Source of the DNA: Octopus sinensis
Lineage: Eukaryota
DNA: 27,236 nt
Assembly: GCF_006345805.1 (NCBI RefSeq)
Contig: NW_021834028.1
Location: forward strand, 1-27,236
Direction: 5' to 3'
Below the pieces are notes generated by a model. That model saw only the letters and a list, made by a program, of their open reading frames with translations. It did not search any database and was not told the origin of the DNA. The translations under genes were made by a program, and so were the position numbers. Positions 1 through 11,064 of this stretch are shown one piece after another. Position 1 is the first letter of the stretch. The number at the start of each line of letters is the position of its first letter.

Positions 1-2
1 GT

Positions 3-180
3 ACATGAAATGATACTAAAGAAACTCCTTATTTTGCTTGTAGAATTCCAGGTTGCATTCTCATTTTTTAAGGTACTGTTCCTATCTGCATCATCTTCCG
101 AGATACATCTTCTCTGGCAAGCTTCGTATAATGCATTTACAAATCATGCATTTGTGTTGAAGCCCTGAATGAAGATCTTA
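3..180 (-). pseudogene. Possible degenerate Helitron Rep/helicase fragment
   Basis: Minus-strand translation LYEACQRRCISEDDADRNSTLKNENATWNSTSKIRSFFSIISC resembles my recollection of the Helitron segment EAC..RGLLEDD..W..TL.EA....KLR.LFAIIL..C; in-frame stop just upstream. Confidence 0.3.
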
Positions 181-677
181 GATACCATGCAGGAACTGTC
201 TGATATTTTAATTAGGTTATTAAAATTCTGCATTTAAAATCTTATCTTCAAAACGTTGGTACGCAATTTCAAATGCCATAAGAGATAAAAGAATCTTCTT
301 CCATCATTTTACATTTAAATTTGCATATATCGATATCAACTTATGTTGACTTAAAGTGTTCTACCAATAGAATTGTTTCATGTTTAAATTTGCTTATACT
401 TCTTAATATTCAGGTATACTCCAACTGTTTAACATGGTTAATAGGACTGTTAATTTTTATAACAATTTAAATAAATTCATAGATTATAAAATCATTAACC
501 GGATTTATTGCACATAAAATCTGAATGCTTTTGAAATATAAACAAAAGGAAATGCGAAACAATGACATATGAAACTACATACTAACTTTATGAACGATAG
601 TATTTAAATGTGAAGTTTAATGACGACCGCATCCTAATCAATTACACTGTAATTATCAAGTGCATGCATATGTGGTG

Positions 678-678
<1 letters not shown>

Positions 679-730
<52 letters not shown>

Positions 731-745
731 GTATATATATATATA

Positions 746-808
<63 letters not shown>

Positions 809-963
809 GTGTATGTGTATGTATGTGTAGTTGTGTGTATGTATGCATGTATGTATGTATTTGGATGTATATATATTATATATATACATACAAACCTATT
901 CATATGTGTTTGTACGTATATATATGCGTGTGTATGTGTGTACACGTGTATATGTGTGCGTGC
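679..963. repeat. Compound microsatellite (TA)n/(TATG)n/(TG)n
   Basis: Directly visible; explains ORFs at 610-1049. Confidence 0.97.
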
Positions 964-985
964 GCGCATCTTGCGAGTTTTTTAA

Positions 986-1030
986 GTTCCGAGTTCAAAT
1001 TTCACTGAGATCAGGTTTGCTTTTCATCCT
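986..1030 (+). mobile_element. Degenerate fragment of SINE family B
   Basis: gttccgagttcaaatttcactgagatcaggtttgcttttcatcct aligns to gttctgagttcaaattccgccgaggtcgactttgcctttcatcct of the well-preserved copies. Confidence 0.6.
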
Positions 1031-1879
1031 ATTAGTATGTGTGAAATGAAGTGCTTATCAAGTACTAGATCCCACTCGCTTCAATGTTGTTGGTCATGTG
1101 CTTAAATTGGAAGATTTTAGAGCAGAATCGTTAAAAAGTCTCACAAAAGGCATCGTGGTATTTATTCCAGTTCTTTACGGTCTGAGTTCGAGAGAGCGAG
1201 TAAATGAACGGGGGACCGCAACCAAATGGAGGCTCTTATACTCCAAAAGGAAATGCTTAGGGGAAAAGAACATAATCTTAAGAGCTGCTTCACACCCAGG
1301 ATATACCTAAATGCCAAATAGGAGACGTATGCACTTTATTTACACGAACGAAAGTACATTCTCAGATAGCGGTCCAATCTGTCATTGAGGAGCAGCTACC
1401 AATATTCCTTCCCTCCTCACTACTTCCCAAATTCAACCCTAAATAGCCCATGTTATCTTTTCTTTACTCTTTTCCTAAACTTTTCTTAGTCTTCTCTCTT
1501 TTCCTTTCTCGCTCTCTTTCACTCTCTTTTTATCGTTCTATTTTTCTGTCCTTGCTTTCTTTTTCTCTTTCTGTACTATTTTGAACCGGACTTGCCTCTT
1601 GGTATGGTAAATACTTTTCGATCTTCGACCATGTGTTATAATAGCAATTGTTTTGTCCAGAAAATATCCTTTTAAACCGTCCCGTGAACTGTAAATAGCG
1701 CAAATCAGAATGATGTCTTACATATTCCTCTTTAATACGTTTCGGCATATTCGAGCGTGAATATGCTAGACGCTATTGCATTTCGTCATTGGAGAACAAA
1801 TTATTTCAGACGAATATATGTCTAGAACACATGTGATTAATTAAGTTAAGGGGAATTTAGGATACCCGGTGTTTCGCTC

Positions 1880-2060
1880 GTGTTTCTCCTCAATCAAAGC
1901 TACGCCTGGCTAATGAATCCAATAAGAGGTTTTGGCTCTTGTTAATAAAATCAGAACGAATGTACGTTCATAACATATTTGATTGAAGAAGGTAAGTGCC
2001 AAAAGGATTCAAAACTCTTATCGGATTCATTAGTTGGGATAGCTTTGGCTGAGGAGACAC
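1880..2060. repeat. Imperfect inverted repeat, MITE-like
   Basis: Arms ~1880-1938 and ~2004-2060 are reverse complements at roughly 75% identity (tctcctca..caaagcta.....ctaatgaatcc.ataagag). Confidence 0.6.
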
Positions 2061-2146
2061 CATAAGATAAGACAACTATTTCCTTATAGTTGTCTGCCCT
2101 TTTTTTTACTAAAAATAACAATAGATGTATATGCATGGCATATATC

Positions 2147-2189
<43 letters not shown>

Positions 2190-2304
2190 TATATATAATA
2201 TATATACGTGTGTGTATGTGAGTATATGCATATTCACACACACACACCATATATTATATATATATATATAATATATATATATGCTTGCATGAAACTAATT
2301 ACAA

Positions 2305-2470
2305 CTGCAGCCGGCTATTGCTGGTAAAAGTTTTAGCTGTCAATTCTGTACAAGACATTGTAGATCTTTAGCTGGGCTAAAAAAGTCACGTTTGATCACA
2401 GCACCGTTAACAGTTAAGCCTCGTGCAATGGCAATATCCGATAACGAGGAAGCACCCATCATCATCATCA
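2305..2470 (+). mobile_element. 3' end of an RTE-like LINE with C-terminal C2H2 zinc finger and (ATC)n tail
   Basis: FSCQFCTRHCRSLAGLK / SHV*SQHR* (one extra A at 2379-2384) gives C-x2-C-x12-H-x4-H; short 3' UTR ends in (ATC)n. Confidence 0.65.
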
Positions 2471-2480
2471 TGTATGTATG

Positions 2481-2714
2481 TCTCTTCTCTTTTTTAATTA
2501 TTATAAATCTTCCACTGAGGAGGGAGCCGTTTTCCAACAAAGATACAAGGTTCCATCTTTGAAATGTAGTTAACACAGACAAATTCACATTTCGAATATT
2601 TGGAGAAAGGTTTAGCATATTTTTACTGTTCCACTCACAGATTGTACTTGTAATGTACGAATTAGATGGTCGATTTCTCTTTCTGAACATGCCATTTTAT
2701 CCAGATTATCCTTT
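2481..2714 (-). mobile_element. R4/Dong-like LINE, 5'-truncated 3' end (copy 4)
   Basis: Encodes LDKMACSEREIDHLIRTLQVQSVSGTVKIC*TF; 3' UTR is colinear with 12405-12517; flanked by ATGTATGTATG at 2470-2480 and 2715-2725. Confidence 0.8.
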
Positions 2715-2725
2715 ATGTATGTATG

Positions 2726-3648
2726 CCATTATTTCAGTTTATTTCAGGATATCTTGCCAATAGAGAAAGAACCGGTTTCTTACTTAGATCCAGGGCCCCT
2801 TCATTGGAATTTGAACATCAGCAATAGGGTATTTTTGTTTGCATGTATGACTGTATGCTTGTAATATATATATGTATGTATATAATGTATGTATGTATGT
2901 ATGTATGTATGTATGTATGTATGTATGTATGTATGTATGTATGCATGTATGTATGTATGCATGTAATGTATATATGTATGTAGGTAGGTATATGCAGATT
3001 TGTACACTTTATGTATGTATTCTCATGCACATAGTTGCATATCTAGACATGCTCATATATATTTAAATGATAAATTTCTGGAAAGTTTTAAAGATTTTTG
3101 CAGTTCCAGTGATGGATTGGATCTGTAGTCTTCAAATAAGCTTTCTCCTTTCTGATTTTGAAAAGCCTAATTTTTCAAGATTGGTATTTAGGCAGTGAGG
3201 TACATATCCCAGTGCCCTAATAATAACAGGTATAAACCTGAACTTGTAATCTGGATAGAGTAACTGCAGATTTCTCAATAGTTCAGCATAGGTATTCTCT
3301 TTTTCACTGATCTTCAGCTTTATGTTAACATCTGCTGGGCAGCTAATTTCCACAACTGAGTACAGTTTCTCTTCTCTTTACCAAATCCTTATATCAGATC
3401 TGTTGTACTTACATTTTATTAAGGTCTTCACTGGTACATACCACCAGTATTCCTTTTTATTATGAGTGGCAATAGCTTCTACCATATTGTTTGTTCTTAT
3501 TTCTTTGTCTTCGGGACTATCCTTCCGACGGATTTCATTATAGAGTGTCCTAGCTACAATGTCATGTCTCATTTTCGGACAACTGCTTATGATGTGGGTG
3601 ATCTCGTCAGTGTAAACTCCACAAAGTCTGCATCGGTTGTCACATTTG
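2726..3648 (-). mobile_element. R4/Dong-like RLE LINE, 5'-truncated (copy 1)
   Basis: ORFs 3378-3659 and 3132-3353 carry the zinc knuckle CRLCG...EITHIISSC, RHD, an RLE domain (DI...EISCP...EKENTY) and C-terminal LQIQSITGTAKIF; in-frame stops; 3' UTR has internal (CATA)n and a terminal part homologous to copies 3 and 4. Confidence 0.88.
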
Positions 3649-4198
3649 ACTGTGGCCATGCTGGAGCACCACCTTTAGTCTAGCAAATCAACCCCAGGAT
3701 TTACTCTTTGGAAGCCTAGTACTTATTCTATCGGTCTCTTTTGCCGTACCGCTAAGTTACGAGGACGTAAACACACCAGCATCGGTTGTCAAGCGATGTG
3801 GGGGAGGGGCAAACACAGACACACAGACATGTACACACATACATATATATATATTTCTTTACTACCCACAAGGGGCTAAACATAGAGAGGACAAACAAGG
3901 ACAGACAAAGGGATTAAGTCGATTGCATCGACCCCAGTGCGTAACTGGTACTTAATTTATCGACCCCGAAAGGATGAAAGGCAAAGTCGACCTCGGCGGA
4001 ATTTGAACTCACAACGTAACGGCAGACGAAATACGGCTACGCATTTCGCCCGGCGTGCTATATATATACATATATACGACGGGCTTCTTTCAGTTTCCGT
4101 CTACCAATTCCACTCACAAGCATTAGTCGGCCCGAGGCTAGTAGGAGACACGGTGACTGAACCCGGAACCATGTGGTTCGTTAGCAAGCTACTTACCA
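3643..4198 (-). mobile_element. SINE family A (tRNA head, CORE-like module), truncated and interrupted
   Basis: 3643-3850 and 4077-4198 match the full copies at 5817-6270 and 7801-8207; a family B copy sits in the central microsatellite. Confidence 0.88.
3853..4060 (-). mobile_element. SINE family B (tRNA head, Nin/Deu-like module), nested
   Basis: Reverse complement matches 17345-17552; B box GAGTTCAAATTCC and GCCTTTCATCCTTTCGGGGTCGATAAA motif. Confidence 0.9.
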
Positions 4199-4549
4199 GT
4201 CAAGAATTATAAATTAATCAGCTTGTGGCAATTGTTCGAGTGTGAGAGCGTGCGAGCACGCCGGTCTGTTCGTGTGTGCCAGTGTGTGTGTGTGTGTATG
4301 TGTGTATGTGTGTGTGTGTGTGTGTATATACGTGCGCATATGTGTTTACATGTATCTGTGTAAGTACATATATATGTATGTATGTACGCTTATAAGATAT
4401 TTCTTTCATTGCCACGGATAAATTGGCAGTCTTATAAGAATTAACAGCGGCGGGAAACTCACATTCTGTATTGTTATATTCTCTTGCTTACAATATCTGA
4501 CTGTCGCCAATGACGCTGCATTTGTAGCTATTCATTCCTTTCTCTTCCT

Positions 4550-4640
4550 CCCAGCTCTCTCTCTCTCACTCTCCCTCTCTTTCCTTGTCCTTTCCTCTCT
4601 TTCTCTCTCTCTCTCTCTCTCTCCCTCTCTCTTCCTCTCT
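4550..4640. repeat. (CT)n-rich tract
   Basis: Directly visible. Confidence 0.9.
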
Positions 4641-5816
4641 CACAGCATGTGGAAGGCATAATGACATGACAAGATACCAAACTTAAGGTCAACGTATTCA
4701 ACAACGGTACATAGGTTACTAGCAGAGATATCTAATAATATACTGAAGCAAAAGAACTTGACTAAATCAGTCTGTTAGTCTGTAACACTAAAGAAACAGT
4801 AAACTATAAGAAATAATGACCCGTCTTTGTCGCCTTTGTTGTGCTTTTTCCTTTTGTATTGGTGACAGTGCGCGGGTTTTCTTGTCTTCGGTTCTGAGAA
4901 GTACTAATCGCTAGCACATGAGTGGCACCTAGGTTTTCTACTTTCCACTATAATAAGCAGTTAGGTTTCGTTCGGAAGGTCTATTTTGTCGTTAATCGTG
5001 TACAGGTTTTTCCTGTTGTACCTGAATTAGAATTTCCACATCAATCCCAAACCTGTTTTTCCGGGCTGTCTGTTATTGAAGAAAATTTCCAAGGTGAAAG
5101 GATTGTATTTTCTAAATTATTAAGTATACATTATTTTGTCCTCAGTTTAGTGTTTCTATTTATACTTTAAAACAAGAAATAAGACAAATATTATCCAAAA
5201 TAAAAGATTGAGGACATCAAATACTGGTTATTTATTGTTTAGATAAGGCATCTGCTACTGTTCTTCTGATCATTTGAGAAACTGTTAATTTCGTTTAATA
5301 TCGACAAATTAAAGTAACAAAAATTTTCTTCTGATGTAAGGTATCATTTCCAACGAAAATGATTTTCCTATTTTGAAAATTTGATACAACCTACATTTAT
5401 TTCAGTTTTATTGTTTTGTGTTATATTTTATTTGTAACACTGTTAATTAAAAATCAGAAATAATTCTCATGATGTGTTAAATACATGATTACGGAATTGT
5501 ATTTTTGGTATGATATACTCATATAGATTGAAGAATTAAATTTCTCTTCAGCTGAATCTGCAAAATATTTTCGGTTTTGTGGTATATAGTTCTTGCTAAG
5601 AGAGTCGCTGATGACACGCCGTTAACGAATCTGAAAATCGAGTAACTAACCCATTTGCGAATTTCTCGTCCACAACTGTCATTAAACTACACTATCCATT
5701 ATCGAGAGTATTCCCTATCCATGTTTCACTCTAGTTAGTAGAATTAAATATCTCTAGGTTATGTAAAACAGAGGTAGGAGTATATGGGTGAAATATATAT
5801 TGTTGTACTGCAGAGC

Positions 5817-6014
5817 TTATACTCTTTTACTTGTTTCAGCCATTTGACTGTGGGCATGCTGGAGCACCGCTTTTAGTCGAACAAATCGACCCCAGGACTT
5901 ATTCTTTGTAAGCCTAGTACTTATTCTATCGGTCTATTTTGCCGAACCAGTAAGTTACGGGGAGGTAAGCACACCAGCATCTGTTGTCAAGCGATGTTTG
6001 GGGGACAAACACAT

Positions 6015-6077
<63 letters not shown>

Positions 6078-6270
6078 ACACACATACATATATATATATA
6101 TACATACATACGACGAGCTTCTTTCAGTTTCCGTCTACCAAATCTACTCACAAGGCTTTGGTCGGCCCGAAGCTATAGTAGAAGACACTTGCCCAAGGTG
6201 CCACGCAGTGGGACTGAACCCGGAACCATGTGGTTGGTAAGTAAGCTACTTACCACACAGCCACTCCAGC
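5817..6270 (-). mobile_element. SINE family A, full length
   Basis: Minus strand: A box TGGCTGTGTGG, B-box-like GGTTCAGTCCC, CCTTGGGCAAGTG module, central (TA)/(TG)n, tail ending gaaacaagtaaaagagta. Confidence 0.93.
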
Positions 6271-6723
6271 TTATATAAATTTCTCGCCGTAACTTGTTAG
6301 ATTAATCCTTTCCCTGGCCAAAGAAACTAAAGGTTCGTTTTGTAGTGTTAATCAGGTTAGCGCAAAAAAAAACATCTTCGGTAGATTTCGATCCTCTTTC
6401 ACTGATGACCATTCAATTCGTCAAGTCGAAATCAGTGCTGCAATAAGGTTTATTAATTATACACAATCTCTGCACGAAACAGCAACTTGCTGTGCTTAGT
6501 TCTTGGCAGTTATGCAATTAAGAGTGGTTTGGCCATATCGATTAGCACATTGGCAAACTCTATGCGTCAGATCTCAGACTTTCATCTAATGAGCTACAAA
6601 GCTATTACCGTAAATGTAATTATAGATATCATGAAAAACCATGATACCCGAAGCCGTATATGCCTCTCGGGTACTTCTTTGACCTTAATTGTATTTTTAT
6701 GTAGGCACCAAGTTGTAAGAAAT

Positions 6724-6831
6724 AACGCGACAGAAAATGTTGTGGTATTTGTTCCGATTCTCGGAGTTCAATTTCCTTTGGGTCCAACCTTGTTATTCAT
6801 CTTTTGGGTTCTGTAAAATAAAGTACCAGTC
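6724..6831 (+). mobile_element. Old, diverged SINE family B
   Basis: Colinear with family B: ggagttcaatttcc ... ttcatcttttggg ... taaagtaccagt. Confidence 0.6.
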
Positions 6832-7202
6832 AGGGTGGTGGATTTTTGGAATAGTTCGAGTATTAGACGAGATGCCATTGCGATATTTGTTCCGATTCTT
6901 TATATTCTGTGTAGACTTGCCATCACTGACTTATCCGTAGAAGCTTTTAATGGATTCTACGCCGTTGCAAAGCTTCAGGTCTCCGGTCTGAGAATATTTT
7001 CCTGCTTCCGTCTCACCACCTCAGGGACCCTGAAGAAAATAAGGGTCATGGGCACCGCCTTTTTCTACCTAAGTGACTGAAAAAAGACTTTCCTATAGCA
7101 GTTGTTGAAGGTTTACATGTAGGCACATCTTTACAAAAGTTTATCACAAACGTAACGTTTACTGATAGCTTAAAAATCTTAAATTTATGAAGAATGTATC
7201 TA

Positions 7203-7432
7203 TTATCTTTTACTTGTTTCAGTCATTAGATTGCGGCTATGCTGGGACACAGCTTTGAAAGATTTGTTTTAGTCAAATGAATCGACCCCAGTACGTTATT
7301 TTTTTTTTTTTTGTTAAGCCTAGTATTTATTCTATCAGTCTCTTTGCCGAACCCCAAAGTTACGGGGACGGAAACACACTAACACCAGTTGTCAAGCAGT
7401 AGTGGCTGTCAAAAACACAGGCATAAGGACAC

Positions 7433-7474
<42 letters not shown>

Positions 7475-7636
7475 GATGGGCTTCTTTCAGTTTCCGTCTA
7501 CTAAATCCACTCACAAGACTTTGATCGGCTCGAGGCTATAGTAGAAGACACTTGCCCAAGATGTGACGCAGTGGGACTGAACTCGGAGCCATGTGGTTGG
7601 GAAGCAAGCTTTTCACCACACAGCCACACCTGCGCC
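7203..7636 (-). mobile_element. SINE family A, full length, more diverged
   Basis: Colinear with 5817-6270 along its whole length. Confidence 0.92.
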
Positions 7637-7800
7637 CTATAATAGAAGGAAGTTTTTTGTTTTTTTTTAAATGAAAAAGAAAGCGCCTATAAATATCTAA
7701 TCGATGGGAGAATAATTATGACCAGTAGTATTCTCATGTCCATATATGTATACAAAATTGTCCCGCAATGAGGGATTTTTTTTTTTAACGAAAATTTATT

Positions 7801-8207
7801 TTACTCTTTTACTTGTTTCAGTAATTTGACTGTGGCCATGCTGGAGCACCGCCTTTAGTCTAACAAATCAACCCCAGGATTTACTCTTTGTAAGCCTAGT
7901 ACCTGTTCTATCGGTCTCTCTTGCCAAACTGCTAAGTTACGGGGACGTAAACACACCAGCATCGGTTGTCAAGCTATGTTTGGGGGACAAACACAGACAC
8001 ACAAACATATACACATACATACATACATATATATATATATATGTATATACATTATACGACGGGCTTCTTTCAGTTTCCGTCTACCAAATCCACTCACAAG
8101 GCTTTGGTCGGCCCGAGGCCGACACTTGCCCAAGATGCCACGTAGTGGGACTGAACCCAGAACCATGTGGTTGGTAAGCAAGCTACTTACCACACAGCCA
8201 CTCCTGC
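7801..8207 (-). mobile_element. SINE family A, near full length
   Basis: Colinear with 5817-6270, with a small internal deletion near 8120. Confidence 0.93.
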
Positions 8208-8390
8208 AAATTTATAATTTTTCTTGGAAACCTGAATAGGTTTTTATCTTAAACTCCTTAAGCAATCAAATAAAAATTAGGGTTTGGATAAATTGTAAAA
8301 AGGTTACGGAGATGTACCTGACTGACAAGTGTTTTGATCTGAGATCCTGTGTTGAAAATTAAAACGATTGTAGGATGGGAAACTTAAGTT

Positions 8391-8450
8391 TGCGACCAGG
8401 TCGCTGACAAAATTTGATGCGGCACAAATTTTGTCGGTTATTCGGTCGCA
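8391..8450 (+). other. 60-nt hairpin (26-bp stem, 8-nt loop)
   Basis: 8391-8416 pairs with 8425-8450: 20 Watson-Crick pairs, 4 G-U pairs, 2 mismatches. Confidence 0.75.
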
Positions 8451-9134
8451 GTTTCGAGTGACGAAAATTTTGACACTGTGTTACAAACGGTAAATGTTTA
8501 AGTGAAGTTAACGATCTTTGTATGAAGCTCGTAACTGAAACGTTTGTTATTGTTTACTTCCCTTTATTATTATTATAATAAAATGTTTGTCACGGTGGTT
8601 TAAAATTTTAGTTTTATTTTGGGACATTGGAGAGAATATTCTTCATGCCGTTCTCCTACAAGGCTCGAACGATAAAAACTTCCAGGATTTCTAAATCAGA
8701 TCATTTGAAAAAAGCTGTCAATAAATGGCAAAAAGAATGCAAATGGCTTGATATAAAAATCTGAATACCAAAATATATGTCAATGTCAATTGATAAAAAT
8801 AAGTAACAAAATAAAACAAAATGAAAGTTAAATCAGGCAGAATCGTTTTAAAAATTGGCAGGAATAGAAATCCAGAAGTATCAAAGGAAATGTGACAAGT
8901 TAAAGAAGGAACAGCATTTGAATATAACAAAAACATACATAATTAATTTAATCCAGCTGTCTTCATTGGAATAATGTCTATAACTTATGTACATTGTGGA
9001 GCAAAATGATAAAAAGAAGCTCCAAGAATGTGTTTATTCAAATGGGAAAGGAAAGTTAGAACCGATATGTATGCCTTGAGTGACAATTATTGAAAGTAAA
9101 GCGGAATCAAATATTCTTTCCTCAGGTGAGAATA

Positions 9135-9252
9135 TATGAGGGTTTGCTGAAAAATGAGGCTCAACCTTCCGACTTCTTTTACAGGGCTTAGAAAAAAACT
9201 GAAGGACTGCTGCAATAAGTGTGTGAATCTGAGAGGGAAATATGTTGAATAG
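9135..9252 (+). mobile_element. Mariner remnant: TIR-like start joined to transposase C-terminus
   Basis: TA-TGAGGGTTTGCTGAAAA followed by EAQPSDFFYR / GLRKKLKDCCNKCVNLRGKYVE*, resembling the mariner C-terminus; frameshifted; no right TIR found. Confidence 0.5.
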
Positions 9253-9540
9253 AATCATAATTAACTGATCCTCCTGCATTTTCTTTTGTAAGTCATGCTT
9301 CCAAAGGATTTCTTTTGGAGCTACTGAGACTGATAATGGTGCCTAAAACCATTAACGTGATCCAATCTACCGAGTAGTCGTCGATGGCGTTTACGACTCT
9401 TTCTTCTTTCTTTCTTTTTCTCTCTTTCTTTCCTTTTCTCTTTTCTTTTACTCTAACCAAGCTCTCAAAAATTCACCACACATGCTTTCTCATACGTGCA
9501 TGCACGCACGTAGATACGTACACATATGTACGCACTCATA

Positions 9541-9545
9541 TATAC

Positions 9546-9612
<67 letters not shown>

Positions 9613-9655
9613 CATACATACACCCACACACACACCACACACACACACACACACT
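9541..9655. repeat. (TA)n/(CA)n microsatellite
   Basis: Directly visible. Confidence 0.97.
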
Positions 9656-9812
9656 GATGTAGATAACAAAAGAATATTCGCTTCTAGATTTATATGAGGT
9701 TCGAAAACGAACGAGATGAAAACGCTAATAAATAATTTTCCAAAATTTTCCTTTTCCTTAATATATAAAATCTGTACAGCATTTCAAGCAATTTATACAT
9801 AAGTGTATATAT

Positions 9813-9860
<48 letters not shown>

Positions 9861-10469
9861 CAGACAGAGAATTCACAATATCAATTAATATATGCATTAT
9901 ATGTGTGTGTCTATTTGTGTGTCTATTTGTGTCTTGCATTACTTTTCCAATTTTTCACTGACATTCCTATTAATTTTGCGAAGCATACTTTAATTAACAT
10001 TACAAGAGTGTATTAGCAGGTTTAATTCTTCATCGTAACACGTGATATGAGCTGCAATTATGGAACGAATGTAATTTTCAGTAAAATAAATCGAAGATGT
10101 CATCAGTAAGAAGGTGGCATGGAGTGTGAGGTGTGAAGTGGGACATGAAAGATTAAATGAATAGATTGGAAAAGCGAGGTTAATGTGACAGAACGGAGTG
10201 GAAATATTTATTTTAGTTTAGTTTACTTGAAATAAGGTAAAAAAAAAAAAAAAAGGGGGGAGGGGAGGAATTGAAAGAGAAAAGATGTAGAAGAGAAAAT
10301 CGAAATAACTGTTGTCATGTTATAGAGAGTGTGAGAGTGGTGAGAGATAACACAAATAGGCAATACATGGGTATATGTTGTATATGTAAATGTATGTATA
10401 TGTCGGTGCTCCAGTATGGCTGCAGTCAAATGAGTGAAACAGTAAAAGAACATGAAAGAATATGTAATA

Positions 10470-10474
10470 ATATG

Positions 10475-10552
<78 letters not shown>

Positions 10553-10718
10553 TATATATAGATATATATATATATAGATATATATAGATATATATATATA
10601 TAGATATATATATATATAGATATATATATATAGATATATAAATAGATATATATATATATATATAATATATATATAGATTATTATATATATATATATATAT
10701 AGATATATATATATATAT

Positions 10719-10754
<36 letters not shown>

Positions 10755-10872
10755 ATAATATATATATATATAATATATATAGATAGAATATATGCGTGTA
10801 TGTGTGTGTGTAAATATGTATATATGTATGTATATATGTATGTGTATATTCATGTATGTATGTATGTATGTA
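10470..10872. repeat. (TA)n/(TAGA)/(TATG)n compound microsatellite
   Basis: Directly visible. Confidence 0.97.
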
Positions 10873-11064
10873 AATGTGCATAAGGGTTGCATGGGGAATT
10901 TTTTTTTTTAAATCTACTATATTCATTTTAAATGACAGCAGTTAGTGTTGATTTTCATTCGAATGAATGGCGAGTGAAATCAACATAACAACAATTAAAA
11001 AAGCGCTAGGTAAATGGGCGATGTAATTGCGGCATACAGCCGCGCATGCGCAGAATTTGACTCA

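Noticed and set aside
1722-1772. Possible minus-strand exon ending at a GTAAGA donor (RLAYSRSNMPKRIKEEY)
   Set aside because: Weak acceptor, no recognisable homology and no partner exons.
6384-6433. CTGATGA...GAAA hammerhead-like motif
   Set aside because: Stem II closes with a C-C mismatch and stem I cannot form.
8474-8480. CACAGTG heptamer on the minus strand (RSS/Transib-like)
   Set aside because: No nonamer at 12 or 23 bp and no partner end; expected by chance.
11008-11045. GC hairpin followed by CTAG on the minus strand as a Helitron 3' end
   Set aside because: The 19-nt spacing is too long and CTAG is not followed by T.
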